A DNA stretch of 45,936 bases, taken from NCBI GenBank assembly GCA_964510165.1, contig CAZEBC010000011.1, positions 1 to 45,936 of the forward strand. Direction: 5' to 3'. Source of the DNA: an uncultured bacterium (GTDB lineage: Bacteria > Abyssobacteria > SURF-5). The stretch's first letter is position 1. Each line of letters begins with the position of its first letter. The position numbers were made by a program, and so were the translations under genes. Positions 37,009 through 45,936 of this stretch are shown here, piece after piece. Below the pieces are notes generated by a model. The model worked only from the letters and a program-made list of their open reading frames with translations, was not told where the DNA came from and did no database searches.

Positions 37009-38619
37009 CTACGGCTGCCGCTCGATCACGGTATCCTTGAGCCAGTGGGTGTCGTCGCGGTGGGGGTAGTCAAGAGTATAGTGCAGGCCACGGCTCTCCT
37101 TGCGGGCGAGCGCGCAGCGGATGATGAGTTCGGCCACGATTGAGATGTTCCTGAGCTCAAGCAGGTCGGCGGTCACCAGAAAATCCCAGTAGTACTCGTT
37201 TATTTCCTCTTGCAGGTTCTGTATCCGACGAAGCGCGCGCGACAGGCGCTTATCGGTGCGCACGATCCCCACATAGTCCCACATGCAGCGCCTGACCTCA
37301 TCCCAGTTGTGCGAGATGACCACCATCTCGTCGGGATTTGTGGCGCGGCCCGATTCCCACGGCGGAAGCTTCGGCCTTGCGACGGCGCGGCTCTCCTCAA
37401 GCAAGACTTGTGACCTGGCGGCGGCCCGATCGGCGAACACGAGCGCCTCAAGCAATGAGTTGGACGCGAGCCGATTGGCGCCATGCAGCCCCGTGCAGGC
37501 GACCTCGCCGCTGGCGAGCAGAAGGCGGATGTCTGTTTCGCCGTCCATGTTCGTTCTGACGCCCCCGCAAGAGTAATGGGCGGCAGGCACGACAGGTATC
37601 GGCTCTTTCGTGATATCAATCCCGAACTCAAGACATTTCTCGTAAATGTTCGGGAACCGCGTGATGATCTCTTTGGCCGGCTTGTGGGTGACGTCCAGGT
37701 ACACGCATTGGGCGCCCGTCTTCTTCATCTCGCTGTCAATTGCGCGCGCCACGATGTCACGGGTGGCAAGTGAGCCGCGCGGGTCGTAGCGGCGCATGAA
37801 TGGGCGACCGTCTCCGTTGATCAGCTCGCCGCCTTCGCCGCGAACAGCCTCCGAGATGAGAAAGTTCTTGGCCTCGGGATGGTACAGGCACGTCGGATGA
37901 AACTGGATGAATTCCATGTTCGCGATTGACGCGCCCGCGCGATATGCCATCGCCACGCCGTCGCCGGTGGCGATGTCCGGATTGGAAGTATAGACGTACA
38001 CTTTGCCGAGACCTCCGGTCGCAAGCATGGTGACGTTCGCGTCAAAGATGCGCACCTCTCCGGTGAGACGGTCGTACACGTGTGCGCCGAAGCAGTAGTC
38101 GGGCCTGACGCGGGTCTGCTCAAGTTTCCCGAGGGTCAGCAGATCAATGGCTACGTGGTTCTCGAAAATCTTGATGTTGGGCTTTCGCGAAGCCGCTTGG
38201 AGGAGCGCGCGCTCGACCTCGCGCCCGGTCAGGTCCTGCGCGTGTACCACACGATTATGAGAATGCCCGCCCTCGCGGCCCAGGTCGAATTTCTCGCCGT
38301 CGTCCTTGCTCGAGCGTGTGAACCGGACGCCGAGTTCGAGCAGTTCCTCGATGAGACGCGGGCCGTTCCGGACCACCATATCAACGACGGCGCGGTTGCA
38401 CAGGCCGTCACCGGCCGTGAGGGTATCCGCGACATGCGCATCGAAGCTGTCGAGCGGGCTCATGACAGCAGCGATGCCGCCCTGCGCGTAATTTGTGCTC
38501 GATTCGGCGCGGCCCTTCTTGGTCACCACGGCGACGGAGCCGTACTCGCTGGCCTTCAGCGCGAAAATGAGCCCGGCAATCCCGCTGCCCAGCACAAGGA
38601 AATCGGTTTGCATTTTCAT
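37009..38619 (-). CDS. nadB: L-aspartate oxidase
   Basis: [35 protein letters not shown]-x-[14 protein letters not shown] and ESRGLH motifs. Confidence 0.95.
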   Translation of the reverse strand: MKMQTDFLVLGSGIAGLIFALKASEYGSVAVVTKKGRAESSTNYAQGGIAAVMSPLDSFDAHVADTLTAGDGLCNRAVVDMVVRNGPRLIEELLELGVRFTRSSKDDGEKFDLGREGGHSHNRVVHAQDLTGREVERALLQAASRKPNIKIFENHVAIDLLTLGKLEQTRVRPDYCFGAHVYDRLTGEVRIFDANVTMLATGGLGKVYVYTSNPDIATGDGVAMAYRAGASIANMEFIQFHPTCLYHPEAKNFLISEAVRGEGGELINGDGRPFMRRYDPRGSLATRDIVARAIDSEMKKTGAQCVYLDVTHKPAKEIITRFPNIYEKCLEFGIDITKEPIPVVPAAHYSCGGVRTNMDGETDIRLLLASGEVACTGLHGANRLASNSLLEALVFADRAAARSQVLLEESRAVARPKLPPWESGRATNPDEMVVISHNWDEVRRCMWDYVGIVRTDKRLSRALRRIQNLQEEINEYYWDFLVTADLLELRNISIVAELIIRCALARKESRGLHYTLDYPHRDDTHWLKDTVIERQP

Positions 38620-38634
38620 TTCAGTCTATCCACG

Positions 38635-38750
38635 AAAAGATTCTTCCACGAAGGGCACGAAGATCACGAAATTCACCCTTAATTCTCTCACATTCGCCCA
38701 TGCTGTTTCAAATTAGGCAGCCTTCCTTGCCCTTCGTGGACAAATCTTTT
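38635..38750. repeat. REP/MITE-like element with ~23-bp imperfect terminal inverted repeats and CACGAA tandem units
   Basis: AAAAGATTctTCCACGAAGGGCA (38635-38657) versus TGCCCTTCGTGGAcaAATCTTTT (38728-38750); CACGAA occurs four times in 38631-38670. Confidence 0.55.
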
Positions 38751-38765
38751 TCTTGCCCTAGAACG

Positions 38766-38805
38766 AAAAAGGAGCAGCGGGCCATATGCCGGCGCTGCCC
38801 CTTTT
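38766..38805 (-). terminator. Intrinsic terminator (possibly bidirectional) downstream of the beta-barrel gene
   Basis: AAAAAGGAGCAGCG...CGCTGCCCCTTTT hairpin flanked by A and T runs. Confidence 0.6.
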
Positions 38806-38840
38806 GATGTAGGAATACCTCCGCAGGGGAGGGTAGAATA

Positions 38841-39758
38841 TCACCAGAATTTCCAGATCAGTCTCAGCGTGCTGCGCATCCCCTCGGGCCGGTTCTCGGC
38901 CTCGGTCTCGAAGTTGACGGCCCCCATGAAGGTGAGGTCCTTGGTGATGTGCCAGACAAGGCCGGGGCCGATCGCGAATACTTGCTCCTTCGTGTCGTCA
39001 TCGGCGTCGGGCGGAACGAGTCCGTCGAAATCATCGTCCTCCAACTGCTTCAGATAATACCCTGCCACTCCCACCCTCAGGAAATCTCTCACTGCATATG
39101 AGACTGCATAGTTGAAATGAATGGCCTGCCCCGCCTGAATATCAATGCCCGGCGCGGCGTCGTCGTTCTCGCTGGTCCACAGGTAATGGAAACGCCAGCT
39201 TGTCTCCAGCTTTGGAGTGATGAAGTACGTGAACGTGTAATAGGGGTTAATGGCCCATACGTCGCTTCCCGCATTGAGCGAATTGTCCCTGTCGTTAACC
39301 CCCGTCGGCGCAATTATCTGCAGTTCGAGCCGCGAGAAGTAGGGCCGGTCCAATATCATGTGCGGACCCCATTGCAGGAACGGGCCGATGTAGACGTCGC
39401 TCAGCCCGTCTTGCGAAGTCAGCGGAGCATCCACGTCAATATCGGCGAACGGAACTATCAGGTCGAGGCCGGGATTACCGCCGAGGAACGTGACATTCGA
39501 CTGGTAGATCAATTGCGTCAGGCTGACGTATGCCTCAAGGTCCACATCGTCAATCAACGTGTGGCCGTCGTCGTCCTTGATGTCATCGGCTGTAATTATC
39601 TGTACATATTCGGTGAGATACCATCCCGGGCCCGGCGACGCTCCGTCCAGGAAGTTCGTCGCGCCCAAATTGATCGCAAGGGGCTGATTCAACGCAAAAA
39701 CCGGGACCGAAAAACAAATGAGTGCAACTAAAACAATCAGACCAGTCAGCTTCTTCAT
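38841..39758 (-). CDS. Outer-membrane beta-barrel channel, SphA/Phenol_MetA_deg-like
   Basis: Signal peptide; G-x3-FLDG..PGPG, GL-x-D...P-x-LQW, APTG, QAG-x-A-x-H-x-N, G-x-AGYYLKQ and GPG motifs; aromatic C-terminus. Confidence 0.8.
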   Translation of the reverse strand: MKKLTGLIVLVALICFSVPVFALNQPLAINLGATNFLDGASPGPGWYLTEYVQIITADDIKDDDGHTLIDDVDLEAYVSLTQLIYQSNVTFLGGNPGLDLIVPFADIDVDAPLTSQDGLSDVYIGPFLQWGPHMILDRPYFSRLELQIIAPTGVNDRDNSLNAGSDVWAINPYYTFTYFITPKLETSWRFHYLWTSENDDAAPGIDIQAGQAIHFNYAVSYAVRDFLRVGVAGYYLKQLEDDDFDGLVPPDADDDTKEQVFAIGPGLVWHITKDLTFMGAVNFETEAENRPEGMRSTLRLIWKFW

Positions 39759-40012
39759 TGCAACTACCTCCCTGTCTCCTTTATGGTTTCTCTCCCATCG
39801 GGCGGCACTGCAAACGCTCGACCGAATTTCGCAATATGCTAGCAGAAACTCCGGCCAAATTCAAGAAAAAAATGCGACAACTACATGTCCAATAAGACCT
39901 TACATGTCTGATTTGCTCCGCTTTACCTGTCCAGTTTGACTTGCTAATTTCCCCGGTTTCGTGTATCATTGCCGAAATATCATCCGGAACTTTGCACTGG
40001 AGGAACAGGCGT

Positions 40013-41368
40013 ATGGAAGAAACAAGATTTGTGCTTGGAACCAAAGACATACCAAAAGCGTGGTATAACATCCTGCCCGATCTGCCACGGCCGCTCGACC
40101 CGCCGCTCAATCCGGCCACGAAAAAACCCATCGGTCCCGAGGCGCTCGCCGCGCTCTTTCCAATGGGCCTCATCGAACAGGAAGTGGCGACGAAGCCCGA
40201 AATACCGATCCCATCCGAGATACTCGACATCTACACACTGTGGCGACCTACGCCGCTCAGGCGCGCGCGCCGACTCGAGCAATTGCTCGGGACTCCCGCA
40301 AAGATATTCTACAAGGACGAAAGCGTGAGCCCATCCGGCAGCCACAAGCTCAACACCGCCGTCGCCCAGGCCTTCTACAACAAGAAAGAGGGCACGAAAC
40401 GGATCACCACCGAGACGGGAGCAGGCCAGTGGGGGAGCGCCCTCTCGATCGCCTGCAAGTTCTTCGACATGGTCTGCCGCGTCTACATGGTGAAGGTCAG
40501 CTATCAGCAGAAACCCTATCGCCGCTCGCTCATGCAGGTGTTCGGCGCAGAGGTCATCCCCAGCCCGAGCAAACTCACCAAGTTCGGACAGCAGGTCCTC
40601 AAGGACGACCCCGATTGCAGCGGCTCGCTCGGCATCGCCATCAGCGAGGCGATTGAGGATTGCGTCACCTCAAAGAACACCAAGTACTCGCTCGGAAGCG
40701 TGCTCAACCATGTGTTGCTTCACCAGACCATCATCGGACAGGAAGCCAAGAAGCAGATGGCGTTGGCGGGCGTGTACCCCGACTACGTCATCGGATGCAT
40801 CGGCGGCGGCAGCAACTACGCCGGCCTCGCGCTGCCGTTCATGCGCGATAAGCTGAAGGAAGGCAAGAAGACGAAATTCGTCGCGGTCGAGCCGCTTGCG
40901 TGCCCGACCGTCACAAAGGGCAAGTACGCTTACGATTTCGGAGACACCGGCAAGACGACCCCGCTTCTCAAACAACACACCCTCGGGCACGTGTTTGTTC
41001 CTCCGGCGATTCATGCGGGCGGCCTCCGCTATCACGGCATGGCCGGCATCATCAGCTTGCTGTGCAAGGAGGGTTTCATGGACGCCGTCGCGTATCACCA
41101 GAGCGAGGTGTTTCAGAGCGCCATCAAGTTTGCGCAGGCCGAAGGTGTCGTGCCCGCGCCCGAAACCTCCCACGCGCTCCGTAGCGCCATCCAGATCGCG
41201 GAAGAGTGCAAGAAGACGGGCGAGGCCAAAAACATCCTGCTCAATTTCAGTGGCCACGGCTATTTCGACATGGGCGCGTATGACGCCTATCTCTCCGGCA
41301 AGCTCGAGGATTACGAATATCCACAGCACGAGATCGAAGAAGCCCTCAAGTGTCTGCCTGAGGTGTGA
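40013..41368 (+). CDS. trpB2: TrpB-like PLP enzyme (tryptophan synthase beta chain 2)
   Basis: PKAWYN, SGSHKLN, TETGAGQWG, GSLGIAISEA, GGGSN, HAGGLRYHG, APE and SGHG motifs; GGAGG SD. Confidence 0.93.
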   Translation: MEETRFVLGTKDIPKAWYNILPDLPRPLDPPLNPATKKPIGPEALAALFPMGLIEQEVATKPEIPIPSEILDIYTLWRPTPLRRARRLEQLLGTPAKIFYKDESVSPSGSHKLNTAVAQAFYNKKEGTKRITTETGAGQWGSALSIACKFFDMVCRVYMVKVSYQQKPYRRSLMQVFGAEVIPSPSKLTKFGQQVLKDDPDCSGSLGIAISEAIEDCVTSKNTKYSLGSVLNHVLLHQTIIGQEAKKQMALAGVYPDYVIGCIGGGSNYAGLALPFMRDKLKEGKKTKFVAVEPLACPTVTKGKYAYDFGDTGKTTPLLKQHTLGHVFVPPAIHAGGLRYHGMAGIISLLCKEGFMDAVAYHQSEVFQSAIKFAQAEGVVPAPETSHALRSAIQIAEECKKTGEAKNILLNFSGHGYFDMGAYDAYLSGKLEDYEYPQHEIEEALKCLPEV

Positions 41369-41391
41369 ACGATACCCGAAAACAGAACGGT

Positions 41392-41422
41392 GGGGCGCCC
41401 TGGCGGCGCCCCTCTTTGTTTT
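41392..41422 (+). terminator. Intrinsic terminator after trpB2
   Basis: GGGGCGCC-ctggc-GGCGCCCC followed by TCTTTGTTTT. Confidence 0.6.
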
Positions 41423-41463
41423 CTGAAGCCCCGGCCCTCTTCACATCCGGGAACGGAGGAACA

Positions 41464-42255
41464 ATGGACTACACCACACTGACTCTCGACGTTTCGAACG
41501 CCGTCGCAATAATCACACTCAACCGACCCAATGTCCTCAACGCAATGGACAAAGCCATGATGGCCGACCTCAACGGTGTATTCGACGAAGTGGGGGCCAA
41601 CCCCGCCATGAGGGCCGTTCTCATCACCGGCGCGGGCCGCGGATTCTGCTCGGGCGCCGACCTGAAATCCTTTTTCTCGGAACCGGAGGTGGCCGAGCCT
41701 GCACTGTTCAAGAGCTATCTGCGCAGAATGAACGAACTCATCCTCAGGATGATGCGCCTCGAGAAGCCCGTCATTGCCGCCGTCAATGGTCCCGCCACGG
41801 GAGCCGGCTGCAACATCGCGCTGGCGTCAGACATAATATACATGTCGCCCGAGGCCTATCTTTCTCAAATCTTCGTCAATCGCGGCCTCGTCCCCGATTT
41901 CGGCGGATTGTTCCTGCTCCCTCGCTACGTGGGACTCGCGAAAGCCAAGGAACTCATCTTCACGGGCGACAAGATTTTCGGTGACCAGGCGCTCGAACTC
42001 GGAATTGCCAACCGCGTCGTTCCCGCCTATCAACTCGTTCCCGAAGCCATGAAGTTTGCGGAAAAGATGGCGGCAGGGCCGACCGTCGCCATCGGGCTTG
42101 CAAAACTCGGCCTCCACAGGGGCCTCGAAAGCGGCATGGACGCCCTCCTCGAATATGAAGCGCTCGCGCAGGCCCTCGTCAGAACCACCGGCGACACGTT
42201 CGAGGCAATCACTGCATTCATCGAAAAACGCGACCCAAACTTCCAGGGGAAATGA
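41464..42255 (+). CDS. Enoyl-CoA hydratase/isomerase (PaaG-like crotonase)
   Basis: LNRP-x2-LNA, FCSGADL, AAVNG-x-A-x-GAG, GLVPD-x-GG and F-x-EKR-x-P-x-F motifs. Confidence 0.9.
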   Translation: MDYTTLTLDVSNAVAIITLNRPNVLNAMDKAMMADLNGVFDEVGANPAMRAVLITGAGRGFCSGADLKSFFSEPEVAEPALFKSYLRRMNELILRMMRLEKPVIAAVNGPATGAGCNIALASDIIYMSPEAYLSQIFVNRGLVPDFGGLFLLPRYVGLAKAKELIFTGDKIFGDQALELGIANRVVPAYQLVPEAMKFAEKMAAGPTVAIGLAKLGLHRGLESGMDALLEYEALAQALVRTTGDTFEAITAFIEKRDPNFQGK

Positions 42256-42373
42256 TTCGCCATGGCTGTTTCGGTATTCGTGTAATCGGTGGTTTGCGGG
42301 GTATGCCTTCAAACGAGAAACGGGGGAGAATGTCGTGCGGCAAAATTTGGAGGCCTGGCGCTTACCTTCTTCG

Positions 42374-45300
42374 TTACACCAACCCTTCGCTACAGATAAC
42401 CCGCGGGATTCGGTCCTCTTCCTGGAAGACGCGGCGATCCGGCCAATCTTTCATGTTGTGCTGACGGTAGATTCTCACCAGGTGGTTCAATAAGTCATCG
42501 CCGATTATCTTGTTTCGCCGTAATAGGTTTAGTTCTTTCTTAACCGCACCGCTGACCGATCCACGGAATGCTCGTTCCAAGATGTTTATCTGGCCCTTGA
42601 TGTCTTCGTCGCCGGTTTCGCTGAAGATCGCGCGAAGCTCGCGAATGACGTACCTCTGTCCATGCGAAAGCGAGACGGTGTGTTCACGCTCTGACTTGCG
42701 ATGTTTGACTTCCTCGGCAAAGAGTCTCTTAACACGCATGACCGCTGCGTTGTAACCCTCCGGGAGGGGGAGGCCTTTCAGGTCGGGGGTACATTTGATG
42801 GTTCCGAGAATCTGGGGAATATCTCGTGACACAATTTCGCCGTTCTCGTCCAGAAGGAACAGTTGTTGGAAGGAACCCGCCTGACACAACACATACAGTC
42901 CCTTTTTCTTGCATGACATCGCGGTTCGTATGCCGTCGCGCAAATCAGCTATGCGGTCGTATTCGGCGGGGTCTTCGGCTCGCAGCTTTCTCAGGATTTC
43001 CTCGGCTTCGTTGAGGCCAAGGGTTTCCTCTTCCTCGTCCTCAAAGAGGCTCAGTTGTCCACCCTTTATTTCGTAGATGGCGTACATCGCTTCTTCGTTA
43101 AGCTGTTCCGACTTGTCAAGTATGGCGGAATCCTCGCCTATCGTTTCGTGGATTTCCTTGATGCGCCGCTGGAGTTTCTGCCGCAACCCAAGGTTTTTCT
43201 CAAGCGCTCTTTCCGGCAGGAAATTAAATCCGAAAATCACGTCGTGGTCGCTGCCTATGCGGTCAATTCGCCCGAAGCGCTGAATCAGCCGGACCGGATT
43301 CCAATGGAGGTCGTAATTGATAATCTTGTCGCAATCTTGAAGGTTCAGGCCTTCGGCGAGCACGTCGGTAGCCACAACAGTGAACAATTCGGTGTCGCCG
43401 GGGCCAAACTGAAATTCGGGATTCGCCTTCGGCGCAAACCGGCCGACAAGGCGAAGCTTGCTCTTATCTCCGCTGAAAATCACGTCAATGTCGTCTCGCA
43501 TTCCGTCCGGATTCAGATTATTGTGCAGATATCGAGCGGTGTCGGCGTATTGCGTGAAGATAAGTCGTTTCCCGGATTTGATTGGTTCCCGCGCCAGCCG
43601 CCTGATAAGCGTTTGGAGCTTTGCGTCCTTATCCGGAGTTATCGGTTCGACCAGTCGCAGTGTTTTCCCGAGCAGCTCGATATCATGCCCGATATGCTCC
43701 TTCAGGCGTTCGAGGTCAAAATCGGCGGCGTCATATTTCCCGGATACCCGCCGGAGAGCGTCCACCAGGTCTTGTTCTTCGGCCAGATTGGGCTCGTACA
43801 GAATGTCCTGCGCCTCATCGCCGGCGGGCACGATACCTTCCTCCAGCGCGGCAAGGAACCGCTCATGCACATTCAGAAGTCTTCTTACTGTTTGCCTGAA
43901 TGCTTCAACACTCGATTCGAACCGTTTGAACAGCATGACCCGCATGAGGCCGCGCAGGTTTGCCCCGGCACGGTGCAGGCTCGCGTACGGTTCCTTTTGT
44001 TGTTTTTCCTTGACGACATAGTGCCAGAGACCGTAGCGGGCGTACGTGAGCTCATCGGGGGGCGGTTTGGAAGGTTGAGATTTCCGAGATTTTCCTAAGT
44101 AGCCGCGCAGTTGGTCATACAAGCCCTGATAGGTATCCTCGATGCTGTATTCGATGGTTTCCAACTCGCGTTTCGGGAAGAATTGATGACGGTCTCCGAC
44201 TTTCACATAGGCTCGCCTGCGGCCGTCCAGATAATCACGGAATTGCGACGGATCGATTTTTTGGTGCGTGACCGAGTCGTAACCATACCACCGCAGGATA
44301 TGATTGCGTGTCCGCCGGATAAGCAGGTTGGAGAGCAGGTCGGGCAGCTTCTTCTCTCCTTTCTCGATAAGCTTGAAATATTCTTTGAGGTCGGGCGGGT
44401 CCACGGGCAGGTCGGTCTTGTCGTCGGGATGAAACAGCTTGATCTGGTTGTAGATGTCCCACGCGCTCTTGTTGCGGGGGGTGGCCGTCAGAAAGCAGCA
44501 CTGCCTTCCCGTATCGAGGAACGCTTTCATCACCTTGTAGCGCTGGCTGTCGGAGTATCTGAAGTTGTGGCTTTCATCGATGAGGACGAAATCGCGGTCG
44601 CGGTATTTCACATCCTTGAGCAGGAAGTTCGGCTCGCCGTCGCTGCTTTCTCTGAGCAATCCCATCGAAAGCACACGCGCGTTCAGGTCGTACTCTTCGT
44701 TATATCGTTCCCACATTTCCACGAGCGGGGCCGGACACACGATAAGCGGCCGCGCGTGATGGGTTGTTTCGAAGTGCTTCACGATGGCGGCGCCGATGAA
44801 TGACTTGCCCAGCCCGACGACATCGGAAACAAACACGCCATTGTGTTTGTGAATCATCCAAATCGCCTGCTTCACGGCGAATCTCTGAAAGTCGGCCAGG
44901 TCATACATGATTTTATCGTGCCAGACGAAATCCTCCGCCTCAGTGGACTCGAGCCGGTCCTTTACCAGCGTATAGAGCGTCTTCATGTAGATATCATAGG
45001 GCCGCACGGGGGCGAGCGCCCATGAATGCCGGAGTTCGTGCATCAGGGTTTCGTCGAAATCGCGCGCCTCGTTCCAGAGTTCCTCAAACCAGCGGACAAG
45101 CTCGGCATGGTTGTCGTTGCCCTGAACCATAACATTGAGTTCGGTGTTGTGGGTGACGCCGGCGAGCGTAAGATTGGACGACCCGACTATCGCGATGCCT
45201 TTCTCCTGCCGCTCCAAGGGGTTGCCCATTCCGTCAAAGACCGGGCCGTAGTCGAATATGTATGCCTTCGCGTGCAGGCGGCCTTTGGTGTAGACTTTTA

Positions 45301-45706
45301 CCTTGAGGCGCTTTTCCTCGATCATCCGGACCAGGAGAGCAATGAGAGATTCCGCCTCATCGGTCTGCTCCATGACCTCGATTGCCGATTTGATGTTGTC
45401 CGCTGTTTCGGCAGCCATCCGTTTGGCTTCGGCTCGCTTCGGGAATATCTGGGCCTCGACCTCATCGGCCACGAGTTCGAGGCGGCGATAGCCCTCCGCC
45501 AACTGCTCGAGCGTCTCGCGGTTGGTGGTGTTGCCGATGAGCAGGCGAAGCTCTTTGACGCCTACCAGCTTTTCTGCGATGCTGGCAAACCCCGAGAGGA
45601 AGAAGTAGCCGACGGCAAACCGTGCGGCCTCGGTTGACGATAGGATACGGTTGATGTGGTCAACCAGCTTTTCGTTTCGATTGTCAATGATGTCGTGCGC
45701 GGGCAT
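42374..45706 (-). CDS. PLD-nuclease (HKD)-SNF2/SF2 helicase fusion, restriction/defence-associated type
   Basis: N-terminal LHAKAYIFD...GSSNLT...NTELN; helicase motifs SDVVGLGKS, DESHN, TATP, IRRTR, IFTQY-x-DT, TDVLAEGLNLQ and QRFGRIDR. Confidence 0.88.
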   Translation of the reverse strand: MPAHDIIDNRNEKLVDHINRILSSTEAARFAVGYFFLSGFASIAEKLVGVKELRLLIGNTTNRETLEQLAEGYRRLELVADEVEAQIFPKRAEAKRMAAETADNIKSAIEVMEQTDEAESLIALLVRMIEEKRLKVKVYTKGRLHAKAYIFDYGPVFDGMGNPLERQEKGIAIVGSSNLTLAGVTHNTELNVMVQGNDNHAELVRWFEELWNEARDFDETLMHELRHSWALAPVRPYDIYMKTLYTLVKDRLESTEAEDFVWHDKIMYDLADFQRFAVKQAIWMIHKHNGVFVSDVVGLGKSFIGAAIVKHFETTHHARPLIVCPAPLVEMWERYNEEYDLNARVLSMGLLRESSDGEPNFLLKDVKYRDRDFVLIDESHNFRYSDSQRYKVMKAFLDTGRQCCFLTATPRNKSAWDIYNQIKLFHPDDKTDLPVDPPDLKEYFKLIEKGEKKLPDLLSNLLIRRTRNHILRWYGYDSVTHQKIDPSQFRDYLDGRRRAYVKVGDRHQFFPKRELETIEYSIEDTYQGLYDQLRGYLGKSRKSQPSKPPPDELTYARYGLWHYVVKEKQQKEPYASLHRAGANLRGLMRVMLFKRFESSVEAFRQTVRRLLNVHERFLAALEEGIVPAGDEAQDILYEPNLAEEQDLVDALRRVSGKYDAADFDLERLKEHIGHDIELLGKTLRLVEPITPDKDAKLQTLIRRLAREPIKSGKRLIFTQYADTARYLHNNLNPDGMRDDIDVIFSGDKSKLRLVGRFAPKANPEFQFGPGDTELFTVVATDVLAEGLNLQDCDKIINYDLHWNPVRLIQRFGRIDRIGSDHDVIFGFNFLPERALEKNLGLRQKLQRRIKEIHETIGEDSAILDKSEQLNEEAMYAIYEIKGGQLSLFEDEEEETLGLNEAEEILRKLRAEDPAEYDRIADLRDGIRTAMSCKKKGLYVLCQAGSFQQLFLLDENGEIVSRDIPQILGTIKCTPDLKGLPLPEGYNAAVMRVKRLFAEEVKHRKSEREHTVSLSHGQRYVIRELRAIFSETGDEDIKGQINILERAFRGSVSGAVKKELNLLRRNKIIGDDLLNHLVRIYRQHNMKDWPDRRVFQEEDRIPRVICSEGLV

Positions 45707-45725
45707 TAATTGTCTCTAGACCGGA

Positions 45726-45935
45726 TCACGAAACGTAATCCGATAATATTCCAAGATGGCATTCTTGAAGGTGGCTCAACCTCCTCAGCTTTTCAAGCGA
45801 TCTCTTTTCAATCTGTCTTATCCGCTCTCTTGTCAAGCCCATGATTTCTCCAACCTCCTTTAGGGTCCTTTCTTTGCCGTCTTCGAGACCAAACCGGAGT
45901 TCCAGTACTTTTCTCTGATCTGGCTTTAAGTTTTC
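45726..45935 (-). CDS. Partial (5'-truncated by the window edge) protein ending in an RpoD-like sigma70 region 4
   Basis: Manual translation, absent from the ORF track: [69 protein letters not shown]; matches the region 4.2 pattern LRFGL..G..RTL.EVG....TRERIRQIE. Confidence 0.85.
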   Translation of the reverse strand, partial: ENLKPDQRKVLELRFGLEDGKERTLKEVGEIMGLTRERIRQIEKRSLEKLRRLSHLQECHLGILSDYVS

Positions 45936-45936
45936 A

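Noticed and set aside
38631-38670. CRISPR-like repeats
   Set aside because: Units are 6-10 nt with no spacers and no cas genes; no CRISPR array seen anywhere in the window
39841-39858. sigma54 promoter for the beta-barrel gene (minus strand TTGGC...TGCT)
   Set aside because: Spacing is GG-N11-GC rather than the required GG-N10-GC
43055-45637. Plus-strand ORFs of 187-347 aa within the helicase
   Set aside because: Antisense shadows with no motifs

Overview
GC-rich (roughly 55-62% by eye) chromosomal segment of a diderm, probably anaerobic bacterium: it encodes a LolA-fold protein, an outer-membrane beta-barrel, an iron-sulfur flavoprotein and SCP2-type thiolase chemistry. Most genes are housekeeping or metabolic: an HMG-CoA-synthase-like/DUF35 fusion plus thiolase, tRNA-Thr(CGT), a PhnP-like hydrolase, ftsY, smc, a YfhO-like protein, an iolB-SDR-ADH-M20 cluster, a kinase/sigma54-activator pair, a MaoC pair, DUF2294 (MpsC-like), a biotin carboxylase, MFS, Isf, DHH, TetR, OYE, hflX-NUDIX-PHP-glycerate kinase, a FecR-GspG-like fusion, a YvyF-like protein, msrAB, nadB, trpB2 and a crotonase. 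The right end looks like the edge of an accessory/defence island: a PLD-SNF2 helicase preceded by a sigma70 region-4 ORF that the supplied ORF track missed. The best candidate for an undescribed system is the 22549-22777 leader. It contains a sigma70 promoter, a five-stem RNA and a mutually exclusive terminator/antiterminator, and it lies between a DUF2294/MpsC gene and an orphan bicarbonate-using biotin carboxylase. This suggests a possible inorganic-carbon-responsive riboswitch or protein-dependent attenuator. Other notable signals are three phased NrdR-like boxes plus a perfect DnaA box at the smc promoter, a TetR ending in the beta-clamp motif QLDLF, a ~12% Met LolA-like protein, a second structured leader, and several REP-like palindrome families. 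All family calls come from motif recognition and all folds were done by hand; no searches were run.
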